Positions 52,238 to 64,000 of a DNA stretch of 64,000 nucleotides are shown here, one piece after another; within the stretch, counting starts at the first letter, position 1; every line of letters begins with the position of its first letter. Location of the stretch: positions 161,076,001 through 161,140,000 of the forward strand of contig OZ024741.1 of assembly GCA_964016885.1 (NCBI GenBank), written 5' to 3'. The notes under the pieces are model-generated. The model saw only the letters and a list, made by a program, of their open reading frames with translations. It was not told the DNA's origin and searched no databases. The DNA is from Eledone cirrhosa (lineage: Eukaryota). A program made the translations under genes and the position numbers.

Positions 52238-53195
52238 TTAAATATCCTTCTTGGTTATGGATACTGCCCTGTGATATGGATCATTGACTCTTCTTCCCAC
52301 CAACACCTTACCTGTTGGTGTGAGATATGTTACCTGGAAATGGTTCATAAATGCCATAACTATTTAAAAACTTCATAATTATTTTTTACCAATCTTAATT
52401 TTTATTTTAGATTTTGAAAATATGTAAACTGGAAATTTCCCATAATAAATTTCCAGGAATCATATTTTCAAAATCTGAAATAAAAATTAAAATTAGATTA
52501 TTGGTAAAAGAAATAGTTATTACATTTTTAAATAGTGAAGTTATTATTGAGTCACATTTCACAGAAACCCAGTTAATCATTTTAAGATTGTATTTTTAAT
52601 GACATACATATTTTAATTAATTAATGATAAATTTGGTGGATTTTAATAAAATTGTTAATTGTTTCATTAAGATGGTATATGTAACAAAAAGTGCCTATAT
52701 AAAATTATGTTAGAAGGTGTTAATTTAAATTGAGATCTTTAACCCAATTGATACCTACCCAGCCAAAACCAGCTCTGGTTCTATGAAACAAAACCACCCA
52801 CTTTAAAAGGGTTTCTATTTAAACTTAAATATTTCAACATAATTTAATATAAGAACTATACATTAAGTTACTATATTAGTAATAATTTTAGTAAATTTCT
52901 CAAAATTCTTCATAAATTAATTAAAACAGAGCGTATTTCATTAGAATTATGGTCACAAAAGGGTTAGAATAAGTGGTTTTGTTTCCTAAAAGGAAAGGTG
53001 GTTTGGGGCAGTTTGATATAAAAAAAAATTAGGAACTAATTTGTTATATATCTCTCTTATCTCTTAGCACTTTAAAAAAATGTTTACACTCTTTCAACTT
53101 AGCAGTTAGATATATATACTTTTAAATTATTTTTAACCCTTTCATTACCATATTTCTAAACCTTGATGATATCACCCAATATTTCGACAGCAGAT

Positions 53196-53478
53196 GGACA
53201 TTGCCAGACAACAACCACAACACTTCCTGTTGGGATCAATGTCCCAGACAACTACTACAACACTTCTTTTTGTGATCAATGTCACACACAACTACTATAA
53301 CACTTCCTGTTGTGATCAATGTCCCAGACAACTACCACAACACTTCCTGTTGTGATCAATGTCTCAGACAACTACCACAACACTTCCTGTTGTGATCAAT
53401 GTCACATACAACTATCACAACACTTCCTGTTGTGATCAATGTCACACACAGCTACCACAACATCTGTTGTGATCAATG
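53196..53478. repeat. 40-bp minisatellite, about 7 copies
   Basis: gacaactaccacaacacttcctgttgtgatcaatgtccca repeated. Confidence 0.93.
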
Positions 53479-53501
53479 AATAATAAAAGATAGTAACTTA
53501 C

Positions 53502-53958
53502 ACTGTTTTATTTCCTCGCTTATATGAACTTCGATAAAGTCCACTTAAATCATCCCGTAGCTTCCCTGTGAAGTTCATTCGTATATTGTATTCCTGGCCA
53601 TCTTGCAAGGGTTCACTCAGATTGAAGATAAGGAACTGACGTTTTTTGTCAAAGGTGAAGTCCTTGACTGTTGGTACATTAGCGCTACTTTTAGAAGATA
53701 AATCCACTGAGCTTTCGTTGATCTCCAGCAAGTGGCTGTGTAAAGTGATGTTGGTGCAGTTGTTCAAACATTTCATGTTAATGTTGACATAACCATCAAA
53801 AGTGAAATTTTCTGGAGCCCCTTCATAGATATATGGTTGAAGTTCCACATCATAGACAATGGGTATAATTGAAGTGGGTAAACGCACATCTTTCACACGT
53901 TCTGTCTTATTTGACTCCTTTTCGGGTGCTTCAGTAGACTCTTCAGCACATGTGTCAC
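53502..53958 (-). CDS. Internal exon of an M1-family aminopeptidase N-like gene (stalk plus N-terminal beta domain)
   Basis: Acceptor ttttctatacag and donor gtaagt; DVRLPTSIIPIVYDVEL, FTFDGYVNI, ITLHS, FTGKL...GLYRSSY. Confidence 0.9.
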
Positions 53959-53999
53959 CTGTATAGAAAATGAAATATAAAACATGAACAACTCAATAG

Positions 54000-54850
54000 A
54001 TTATGAGGATTATCTGAAAACAGCACAGAAAAATTATTATAGGCAGTGAGTCAAGACTGGAATGGGTGAAAAGGACAAAAATGAAACTCAAAAAGAGTAT
54101 GTTGACCATATTAAAGGGAAACCTATGCATGGTCAGTTTTGGAAAGCCACCGAAGATGTACATGGAAAAAAATCCCGGACTTGGTTGACAAAGGGACAAT
54201 TGAAAAAAGAAACAGAAAGCCTTATTGGAGAAGCTCAAGATCAAGCACTGCTAAAAAAAACAACTTGAGAAAATATGTGTATGGAGAGGAAGAATCAGCA
54301 AAATGTAGAGTATGTGAAATTTTGGATGAAACAGTGGCTCACATTGTTGCAGAATGCCCAAGTTAGCTCAAGGAGAATATAAGAAATGAAGACATGATCA
54401 AGTTGTGAAAGTTTTAGATGGGAAGCTTTGTTAGAAATGGGAAGTTGAACGATTGGGTATAATGAGTGCTTGAGTCAGAAACTTGAAAGATTTTGTGAGA
54501 TTTTCCTATTTAGAAAGATAAGATGGAACATAACAGGTCAGACATTCAGTATCAGACAAGATAAATCAAATTTGCATGATGATAGACACATGATGTCCGT
54601 TTTACACTAGGAAGCAAATGAAAAGTAGGAAAATTACAACACCTTATTATTTAAGATTGCAAGAATTTTGAGTATAAATCTGTAGAGATTGTGCCTGTGA
54701 TAAACTGTGCATTTGGGACTGTGGGTGACGGAATAGACAAATTGATAAAGGAGATTGGAGTGGAGTGTCCTGTAGAGTTTCTACAGAAGGTTTTCCTCTT
54801 GGTAACAGGGAAGATCATCAGAAGGGAATGGTTTTGAGCACTTGATAGCT
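54000..54850 (+). mobile_element. Decayed R4/Dong-like LINE 3' fragment
   Basis: KPMHGQF, ETESLI.EAQDQAL, CRVC...ETVAHIVAEC, RHDQV. Confidence 0.8.
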
Positions 54851-55587
54851 TATTGAAATCTTGTGGCTGCTTAAGGTTACAGATAGTAACCTGCTACTTA
54901 CAAAAGTTTAAAAAGAATAAGATCAATCCTGAGTCAAAAAAGAAGAAAATAATGATTTCTAATTTAAGCATAAAAACAGCAATGGTGGTAGTGGGGGGTT
55001 AATTAAATCAACTCGATAATTGACTGGTAATTTATTTTATCGACCTTGGAAGGATGAAGGGGGGGGGGGGGGATTTGAACTCAGAATGTATAGAGCAACA
55101 ACAAATACCAGGAAGCAATTAACTGGATGCTCTATCGATTTTGATAATAAAAGTTTGGAACCATTACTTGAACTGCTAAAATTAACTCCCAATTATTACA
55201 CACTACCATCTATAAAAATATGAAGTACACATTGAATAATGTGATCCTTGATATGCTATGTCTGAAGAAAAGAAGTTGGGATGGGTTATGGTAATCGGAA
55301 TGGCTTTGCTTAGTTTTATTGGAATAAGACTAACTTGTGACTTATCAAGCAGAAAATATATTCAAGGAACATAAAGCAGGTTTTGCAACTAGGATGGATA
55401 TTGAAAAAGATAATTAATATTTGAATTTGTTGACAAACATGTTTTTCTTTATTGATGATATACATGAGGTTTATCCCAAAAGTAAGGGTACTGATTCTCC
55501 TATGTATAGTATAGTAAGGCAACACCTTGTTGATGTATATAGTCATGTTGGTTATGACTTTTACTGCAAGTACATACTTGTTTCAGC

Positions 55588-56010
55588 ATGATCGATGCAC
55601 GAAAATATCGAACAATGACATGCGATCAAATTTTGTGTGAAACTCAACAAATATGCTGCCGAAACATTTAATTCTTTAAAACAAGATTATGGAGTTGACA
55701 CTCTATTGAGAATTAAGGTTTTTAAGAGGCACAAAGCTTTCAAAGAAGACCGAGAAAATGTTAAAGATGAACCTCATTCTGGAAGGCCAATTTCGTTAAC
55801 AAATAAACAAAATGTGGAGGTGGGGTGAGCAGTGATGGCGAAACATCGCCGACTAAGTGTTAGTATGATTGCAGAAAACACAGGCTTGGATAAAAATGTA
55901 GTTCACAGAATTTTAACAGACCATTTGCACATACGAAAAATTTGTGCAAAACTAGTGCCCAAACACTTATCTGTGGAGCAAAATGCGAACCGGTGGCAAA
56001 TTTGTGAGGA
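55588..56010 (+). mobile_element. Mariner transposase N-terminal fossil
   Basis: AIKFCVKL...AAET...YG, DEPHSGRP, RKICAKLVPKHL. Confidence 0.8.
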
Positions 56011-58267
56011 TTTGAGAGGGCGGTGGGATAACGAATAACTCACTTTCTTGAAAGCAACAATCTGCTGAACTCCAACCAACATGTTAATCGACTTTCAGAC
56101 CCAGTTTCATCTCAGAATGTATATATATCATCTGAACAACCACTAAGAGCGGAATGGGTTTATAAGCCCATCAAATACGTATTTCCATGTAGTCGTTTAG
56201 ATAATGAAATTAAGATGGTAAAAATGTTTATCACTTTTTCAATTTGCGGAGAAATCCGTATTTTCTGGCATGTTTACATATATAAAATATGTATATCTAT
56301 ATAAACATTGGCATAGTCTCGGTTACCAACTCTGTATATATATATACACAGATATAGCTTCATTGTATACTTCGGCTACTTAGTACACTTCTTATGATAT
56401 ATCTTAATTAATTACCAACATGAGTGCTAATTATATACAAATTAGTACGTCCATTTCAGAATACACTATGCTCAGAAATTGAAGAGAGACTGTGTTACAC
56501 TGTTTTCTGTAATCAGTAAAGTAATCCATGATACATTTAAAAAAGACGATATTATATATAAACTGCATTACTGTGAAATGTTATGAAAAAGAGAAAATTA
56601 GCGACGGAAATATAAACGTTATGATATAACGATGCAAATATATGAACGTTTATATAAGAGATTTGATATAGCGTCCGTTATACCATAACCGGAAGTATTG
56701 ACATTTGAAAATTTTAAAAGAAGTGAATCTTAAAGTAAGCAATCATTATATATAAGAATATCCCGAGGTTAACTTTGCCTTTCATCCTTACGGGGTCGAT
56801 AAAATAAAGTACCAGTAATGTACTGGGTTATTGCTGGCCTTGTGCCAAAAGTAGAAACAATTATATATAAGAATATTTATGTTTAATCAATAGCTACGAA
56901 ATTTAGTACACAAATTATGTAATATTCATTCATTATTTATTCAAAGTATTTTTTAGTATATTTTACTAACGGGATAAAAAAATATATATTCAGGCCACAG
57001 TCCCGCAATCCTCCCTTTATTATATTATGATAAGCTTAGTATCGACAGCCACGAGAATAAGAACTCAATCTCATAGTTGAAATTATTTTGTTACGCTGGA
57101 GCTGCTCCTGTGTTCATGCCTGGTGAACCTATGAATATGCAAAAGAAACTCCACTGTAACGATACTAAGTTTTGACCCGAATAAAGAATATATGTATATA
57201 TGTATCTATGTATAAGGGTGGTGCCCCAGCATGGTCTCAGCCGGATGGCTGGAACAAGTAAAAAAGTAATATATAAAGTGAATAGGGTACAAGCAAAAAA
57301 CTAGGCGAAACCCGTTGAAAATCGAAGAAAGATTAATTGCATTATATGGTATTTTACATGTGTTTCAATGCTGGTACGAAAGCGCCTACGAGAGCTGAAA
57401 GATTGTTGCATAATTCACTATCCCGCACTGCTTATTTACAATAGCATTTCATCAGAGATGTCTAAAGTAAAACGTTAGTTAACATTAGAATAAGTAAATA
57501 TAGAAATATATAGATGTACACCTTCCATGTGTACAGATTAATGAGGAGAGGAACACAAATTTCAGAGTAACCAATGGAATGTATTAGTAAGTCATTAGAG
57601 AAATGGGAGTGGCGACAAGTGGTTAGTGTATTCAGTAATAGTTAACTATTATCGTTATTATCGCAAGATGTGTAAAAGCTCTTAAGTTTATTGGTGGGAG
57701 ATCAAAGAAAGACAGTAGGGTTTAAGTTCGGTCGGTAGCAGTCCGAAAGATATAAAATTCAATGAGTGAGATAAAAGGAAAGTAACATGACTGGAGTAAC
57801 TGACTATGGCCAGTTGTAGGCGCCGGTTTTTAGATGTTGAAGAGAGTTAATAGATATGAGGTATCCATTGCTGTGACAAAAAAGTAAATGAAAAAAAATG
57901 AGAGATAAAAGAGAAATAGCGTACGCATGTTGGTATTACAGTAGAACTAGACACAGAGATGTAGGATCGAATCCTATGTTATTGTGGATGGTATTTTGCG
58001 AAAGTTCTTTTGGTTCTATGCTGGCAGTTAAAATCTTGTCCTGCCTTGTGTTTAACAAATCCTTACCGGTCATAATTTCCAATACTTCGGTAGCACAACG
58101 TTCGCAATTTTGCCTTTTCTATTGATAAGGCCGGGCGAATCTTAAAAACGACCACGATAGATATGTTCAGCAATATTAAGTTCAACTAACGTGAATACTA
58201 CTTTGATCTCTTTCTTTGATCTTCCACCAATAAACTTAAGAGCTTTTACACCTCTTGTAATAATAAC

Positions 58268-58449
58268 TGTTTCTACTTTAGGCACAAGGCCAGCAATTAC
58301 CCAGTGCATTACTGGTACTTTATTTTATCGACCCCGTAAGGATGAAAGGCAAAGTCAACCTCGGCGGGATTTGAACTCAGATCGTAAAGGGACTTAACTA
58401 TGCTGGAAAGCATGGCGTCCGACCCTCTACCGATACTGCCAATCCACCT
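58268..58449 (-). mobile_element. tRNA-derived SINE with target-site duplication
   Basis: Reverse complement of 61081-61265; tcttgtaataataac is duplicated on both sides. Confidence 0.85.
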
Positions 58450-58475
58450 CTTGTAATAATAACGAACTATAGTTA

Positions 58476-58846
58476 CTCCTGGGTCTCAAATAATCACCCT
58501 ACTCCACGCACTTATTAATTTTTTCCACCACCCTCGCTTATTAAATTTTACTAATTCATCTCCGGCAAAATTTTATTTTAAGTGGTAACATTTCTGCGAC
58601 AATTAATTTTCTTTAGACATTAAAAACATTATACATGACAACAAAATTACATTACTAGAAATCCCACACATTATAAAATAAATAGGATGGGGAAAGGGGT
58701 GTCTCTATATGTAAACTAAACGACTAATTCTGGTTTTCAAAAAATCAACGGAAACAACCTAGAAAAGTTTCCGATTTTCCAACACCGCGCTTATTCCAAA
58801 TTCCCCACTTATTTCACCCCATCCCCTATTATTTGGGACCCAAGAG
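58476..58846. mobile_element. TA-flanked Tc1/mariner-type MITE
   Basis: ta|ctcctgggtctcaaataat ... attatttgggacccaagag|ta. Confidence 0.75.
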
Positions 58847-59749
58847 TAACCAATTACTGAATACTCTAACCACTTGCCGCCACTCCCATTTCCTCTAATG
58901 ACTTACTAATACGTTCCATTGGTTACTCTGAAATTTTTGTTCTCCTCATTAATCTGTACACGTGAAAGGTGTACATCTATGTATTTCTATATTTACATAT
59001 TTACTTATTCTAATGTTAAATTTGCATGATTATTATCCGATTAATATGCTGATAAATTCTTTGATGAGGTGCCTCTCTGCGTGCCGGAATTGTTATATAA
59101 ACGTGACATGGACCACTGAGCTTTAGTTCTATTTTAGACATCTCTGATGAATGCTATTGTTAAATTACTCCGTAAAATCTCCTTAGAACCTATATATATA
59201 TGTGTGTGTGTGTGTATAACCCAACTCATGCCAGCATGGAACGTGGGCTAGTATTTCAAGATCTCTATCCACCATCGGTGACATTTACTCATTCAACAAG
59301 TCCACATTATATGCAAATTATCATCTCCAGGTCTGAGTGGTAAGTGATTAAACGTCACTGATGATGGATAAAGATCCTAAAATACTAATATTTAGCATTC
59401 TCACACTGTTACTGGGGTAGCTATGATATGAACACAGCGTAAAGTACCCACAGTCAGACTCATGTATATTTACTATGCATAAGCATATTGTATATGCTTC
59501 CATATACGCCTCTCTCTTTCTCTCTTTCTCTCATTCTCTGTATATATATTACACACATACAGACACACACACGTGTGTGTATTAGATAGACATCCATCAG
59601 TTCCGACAAACAGCTGTTCGCACAACAGAACAATCATCTCGGGAAAATTCAGTGTAACACAGATTGTGATATATATATATACGAACTATGAAACGACGCC
59701 GTAAGGAAAATAATAGGTTTTCCATCTTAAAGTATGTGCTTTTTTCTGG

Positions 59750-59892
59750 GCCAGCATAGTTACGTCCCTTTACGGTCTGAGTTCAAATCCCGCCGAGGTT
59801 AACTTTGCCTTTCATCCTTACGGGGTCGATAAAATAAAGTACCAGTAATGTACTGGGTATTTGCTGGCCTTGTACCAAAAGTAGAAACAATT
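59750..59892 (+). mobile_element. 5'-truncated SINE of the same family as 61081-61265 (another fragment at about 56763-56860)
   Basis: gagttcaaatcccgccgaggttaactttgcctttcatccttacggggtcgataaaataaagtaccag. Confidence 0.8.
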
Positions 59893-61080
59893 ATGTGATT
59901 TATATTTGTGTACAAAATACTGTGTTTCTCACACCATGCGGTGTATAGTTTAACTAGCTCTCAAATTCCGACAGATATAAAGGTGTTTTGTACTGTGTTG
60001 GGACATATCTAAAGACGATTCCTCAGATGATTAGTTTCGCGTCTTCCGTAGCTTTACCAAAATCGATAGTTGGTAATTGATAATTGATTACTTAGATCGA
60101 TTTTTGCTTCGGTTTAGAAACTATGAAAGCACCGTAAGGAAAATAATGGCTTTTCCATTTTAAGGTATTTACTCTTTTCTTAAATACTATGTGTACAAAA
60201 TACTGAGTTTCTCAAACGATATATGGCTTTTTCTCTCTAAGTTGAATATATATATCGACAGTCGATCGACTTTCGTCAAATGGGACTTTCCAATTACTAA
60301 TACTATCTATCGGTCGCAACTCCAGGTAGAAGGAGCACCGTGAAATAAAGTGTCTTGCTCAAGGACATAACCTATCGCCCGGTCCGGGAATCGTACTCAC
60401 AACCTCACGATTGCGAATCCAATTCTCTAACCCAGTGAATCTCAACCAGTGTGCCGCGAAATTTTGAACGGCGCACTAAGAAAATGCGAAAAACCGCGTG
60501 ATCCCAATTGAGTATTCACAGTCTGTGGTGTGACATGTTGCGCCACATAGCTTTGTTCATTTAGGGAAGAGCGAAATGTTTCCAAATGTCGCAATGCTAA
60601 AAATTCTATATCTTTTATTGTTTCTTTCGACATTAGTATTGATTATATGAATGGATATTGGTCAATACTTGTCTTAAGGTAGGAACCCGCCCCCCTCTCC
60701 GGAAGAAATAAAAATTTATTATATCATGCATCTTTTTTTCACTGTTATGGTAGAATCTACCTCCAAAACTGAGACAAATGATATATTTCTGAGATATGAC
60801 CAAAAATGGTTGAAAAATAGCGTAATTTTCAGAGTTGTTTTGAGAAAATCCAAATAAGCTATGAAAATGATTTTTACATTTTTAGAATCAGAAAACCAGT
60901 CATTGTATAGTAACAGAAGCCTTTTTTGATATTTTGGAAAAAAAAATGTTATCGTCATTAGTGTGCTGGACAGTAACAAAAATGAAAAAAATCATCTTTT
61001 GGGATAAAAGTGACTATAACATTTTTTCAATGCAGAATTCTTAAAAAACGCTTCTGTCACAATGAAGCTACTATTATAAG

Positions 61081-61265
61081 CGGTGGATTGGCAGTATTGG
61101 TAGAGGGTCGGACGCCATGCTTTGACGTATAGAGTTACGGCCCTTGCCATTCTGAGTTCAAATCCCGCCGAGGTTAACTTTGCCTTTCATCCTTACGGGG
61201 TCGATAAAATAAAGTACCAGTAATGCACAGGGTAATTGCTGGCCTTGTGCCTAACGTAGAAACAA
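61081..61265 (+). mobile_element. Full-length tRNA-derived SINE
   Basis: A box tggcagtattgg, B box gagttcaaatcc; attataag duplicated at the flanks. Confidence 0.85.
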
Positions 61266-62056
61266 TTATAAGAAATATCTCCTCAAAATTTCAAACAAAT
61301 CTATCGAGTAGATTTTCTGGAAAGAGCTTTGAAATTTTGAGAAGTACTCATTTTGAGAAAATTGCCTGTAAAGATTAGAAACACAAATGTCAGCTTCTAC
61401 CTCTGTTTCGGAACAATCTATGGATGATTCCGATGATTTAGCTCAGAATTCTCTGGTTCATGCTACTTAATCAGTCCATGTTAGCTTCCCTTTACATATA
61501 TTTTGTCTTGCTTCATCTCTATATGGCATAATTTCCTAATTTTCTGGCGGATTATCCCATCGGAAGAGTGAGTTTGGCCGCCATGTTTACATTGTGATGG
61601 TGGAAGGCGTGGTCACGTGGTGTGTTGGACCAATCAGTGGGCGCCATTCGCCGAGTGTAGCCGAAAATGAGCCTCGATGTGCATTTGCTTGCTCAATATG
61701 GGTCGATTTTCTGGCTTTTTACACCGGAGAGTTCCAGTGTTTCATCATCTTATGCTAATGAGGGTATAGTAGAGGTCTGTAGCTGTCTACTGGTGTGTGG
61801 AACATAGCAAAACTGGCGGATTTACGATGTGTTGTCAGTGCTCAAACATTGACTATTTTTGTGCGTAATACATCGAAAATTAATGATTTCCAGCTCGATG
61901 TCTCATAAAACATCAATTTTAGGTAGAAAGACATATTTTTATTGTTTTGCTGTGTTTGTACACAAAAGAGAAGGCTTTGTGGGACCGAAAGACACTGTCA
62001 TCTTAATAGAGATAATCCTACCCAAAACTGTCATTGATATTCCATGACCCTTCACA

Positions 62057-63884
62057 ATGGATAAATATTGGAAAAGGAAAGATATTAGTGACGAGTCTAA
62101 GTCCAGAGGCGAACAACCATCAACCTCTATTGTCATAAAGAGAAACATTAATCGACAATATTGTGAACATTATTTGAAATTTGAATTTTATTGATCTGGT
62201 GACATTGACAAACCAAGTCCATCATGCGTAGTGTGCGGTGAAACAAAGTCAAATGAATCCATGGTACCAAGTAAGTTAGAAAGACATTTTAATTCAAAAC
62301 ATTCATCTCTGAAAGATACAGAGCTCGATTACTTTCAAAGACTGTTAGAGCAGAAATCAAAACACGAAGATATTTTGAAAAATTAATGACCGTGTCTGAA
62401 CGAACCCAACTAGCGTCAATTCAGGTGGCTGAAATAATAGCATTAAAATCTAAATCCCACACGCTTGCTGCGTCAGTCATCCTCCCAGCTTGCAAAAAGA
62501 TGGTAAAATCCATGTTTGGTGAAAAGGCTGAGAAGGAATTGAACAATATCCCGCTTTCAAATGATACAATACGTAGAAGAATCCTAGATATATCGAAAAA
62601 TATTGAAGACAATGTTCAGAAAAAGCTTAAGAATTCTATTTTGCTTTAACCGTGGATGAATCCACTGACATCAGTAATAAAAGTCAATTGCTTGCATTTG
62701 TACGTTTTATTGACGAGAATGAAATAATCAATCAGTTTTTGTGCTGTAAAGAAATATCCACAACTACAAGAGATCAAGATATTTTTGATTTGATAACAGG
62801 CTACCCCAAAGAAATGAATTTGTCTTGGAAGTCCTGTGTTGGCATTTGCACCAATGGAGCCCCATGTATGACAGGCTGTATTAAAGGATTTGTATCCTTC
62901 GTAGAAAAAGAAAATACAAATCTCATTCGTACTCGTTGCTTTCTTCATAGAGAAATTTTTGTTTCAAAAATATCGCAGGAAGATTTAAAGGTTGTGTTAC
63001 ATCAAGTTATTGGAATGGTCAATTGTATAAAAAGTAGGCCATTGAAGTCACGACTATTTGAACAACTGTCCAAAAAGATGGACTCTCAGCATGTTAAGTT
63101 ATTAATGCACACTGAGGTTCGCTGGCAGTCGAAAGGCAAAGTACTAAATCGTGTTCACGAACTGCACAAGGAATTACTATCATTTTTTTCTCTAGGAAAA
63201 GCAGGAGAAATTCTGTGAATACCTTAGTTGCGAATTTTGGATGTCTAAAATGGAATACCTAACAGAAATATTTAGTGAACTAAATAAAACAAACAGTAGT
63301 ATGCAAGGTAAAAACGAAAACATTCTCACTTCAACAGGCAAGTTAGTTGCCCTCAAAAAGAAAATTTTGATTTGGAAAAAACGGGCAATCACTGGCAATC
63401 TTGATATGTTCCCTTTATTGCGTTCTACCCGCATTAGAGAAATGATCCCTATTGTGGTTACTCATCTGACAGCCCTGGACGAAAGCATCAACAATTACTT
63501 TCCGTCATTAAAGACAGAAAAGTATGATTGGATTAGAGATCCTTTCATAAATCATTCTTCCAACATTGAACTTGAGTTACAGGAAGAAGAATTGGCCACC
63601 CTTTCTAGTGACCGAGGGTTAAAATTAAAACATTCAACTCTGCCCATTGATTCATTTTGGATTTCAAGAGGAGTATCCCATTATGTAAAAGAGCTTTAGC
63701 AATTTTATTACAATTTTCAACTTCTTATATATGTGAATTAGGCTTCTCAACATTAAACATCAAACACAAGAAGCGTGAGAGATTACGTACAACCGAAGAA
63801 GACACGAAGGCGGTGTGTCTGTCTCATATTCGACCAAGCACTGAGGAAATTATGAATAAAAATCAGGCACAAATTTCTCATTAA
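62057..63884 (+). pseudogene. Buster/ZBED5-like hAT transposase with multiple lesions
   Basis: BED finger CVVC...SKLERH...H, DESTDIS, CFLHRE, HTEVRW.SKG, FSTSYICELGFS, NQAQISH. Confidence 0.9.
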
Positions 63885-64000
63885 AGAAGCCAACTATTTG
63901 ACTGATGAAATTCGAAACACTGCAATAAAGTAAGTTCATGGGTGTGTTTTTCTTTATTTAGTTTGAGTCATTCTATGTGTCTGTCTAGTCTGTGTCTACG

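Larger units (their letters stand above)
57340..59160 (-). mobile_element. Old Penelope-like element PLE-3 remnant with inverted arms (about 57480-57712 vs 58209-59018)
   Basis: GIY-YIG C-terminal remnant (RPY...CERCATEVLEI...LLNTR...CQHR) at about 58000-58150 on the minus strand; decayed HHR at 57348-57463. Confidence 0.65.
60433..64000 (+). mobile_element. hAT Buster-type DNA transposon fossil; right end lies beyond the window
   Basis: Left TIR cagtgaatctcaacc preceded by ctcTAacc, a Buster-type NNNTANNN target, inside a SINE head. Confidence 0.75.

Noticed and set aside
53196-53478. CRISPR-like appearance of the 40-bp repeat
   Set aside because: No unique spacers, no cas genes and a eukaryotic context.
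57095-57128. Possible upstream micro-exon of the aminopeptidase gene (and another near 52311-52332)
   Set aside because: The donor is weak or the phase incompatible, and there is no protein-level support.
59345-59385. CTGATGA-tggat-aaag-atcct hammerhead-like motif
   Set aside because: GAAA is replaced by AAAA and there is no stem I pairing; at best a dead remnant.
63902-63917. CTGATGAaattcGAAA
   Set aside because: No stems I or III; probably a chance match.

Overview
AT-rich, repeat-dominated animal genomic DNA. The (TA)n/(CA)n expanses and the SINE/RTE/MITE families look cephalopod-like, but the taxon is an inference. Host coding sequence is limited to two exons: a terminal NHL-repeat exon (+, 30763-31904) and an internal M1 aminopeptidase-N-like exon (-, 53502-53958). 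The rest is nested transposons: a full-length R4/Dong-type LINE interrupted by a young CsRn1-type Gypsy element, three Penelope-like elements (PLEs) with inverted 3' repeats carrying hammerhead ribozyme (HHR) motifs, RTE and CR1 LINEs, a decayed Gypsy, mariner and hAT-Buster fossils, SINEs and MITEs. The most notable signal is a non-coding 468-bp repeat family at three loci. Each complete unit carries a minimal type I hammerhead ribozyme, and the units form partial-tandem plus inverted arrays inside (TA)n tracts, next to PLEs with the same architecture. This fits a PLE-mobilised non-LTR retrozyme family predicted to release 468-nt monomeric, possibly circular, RNAs. All coordinates were read by eye; boundaries of decayed elements are approximate.
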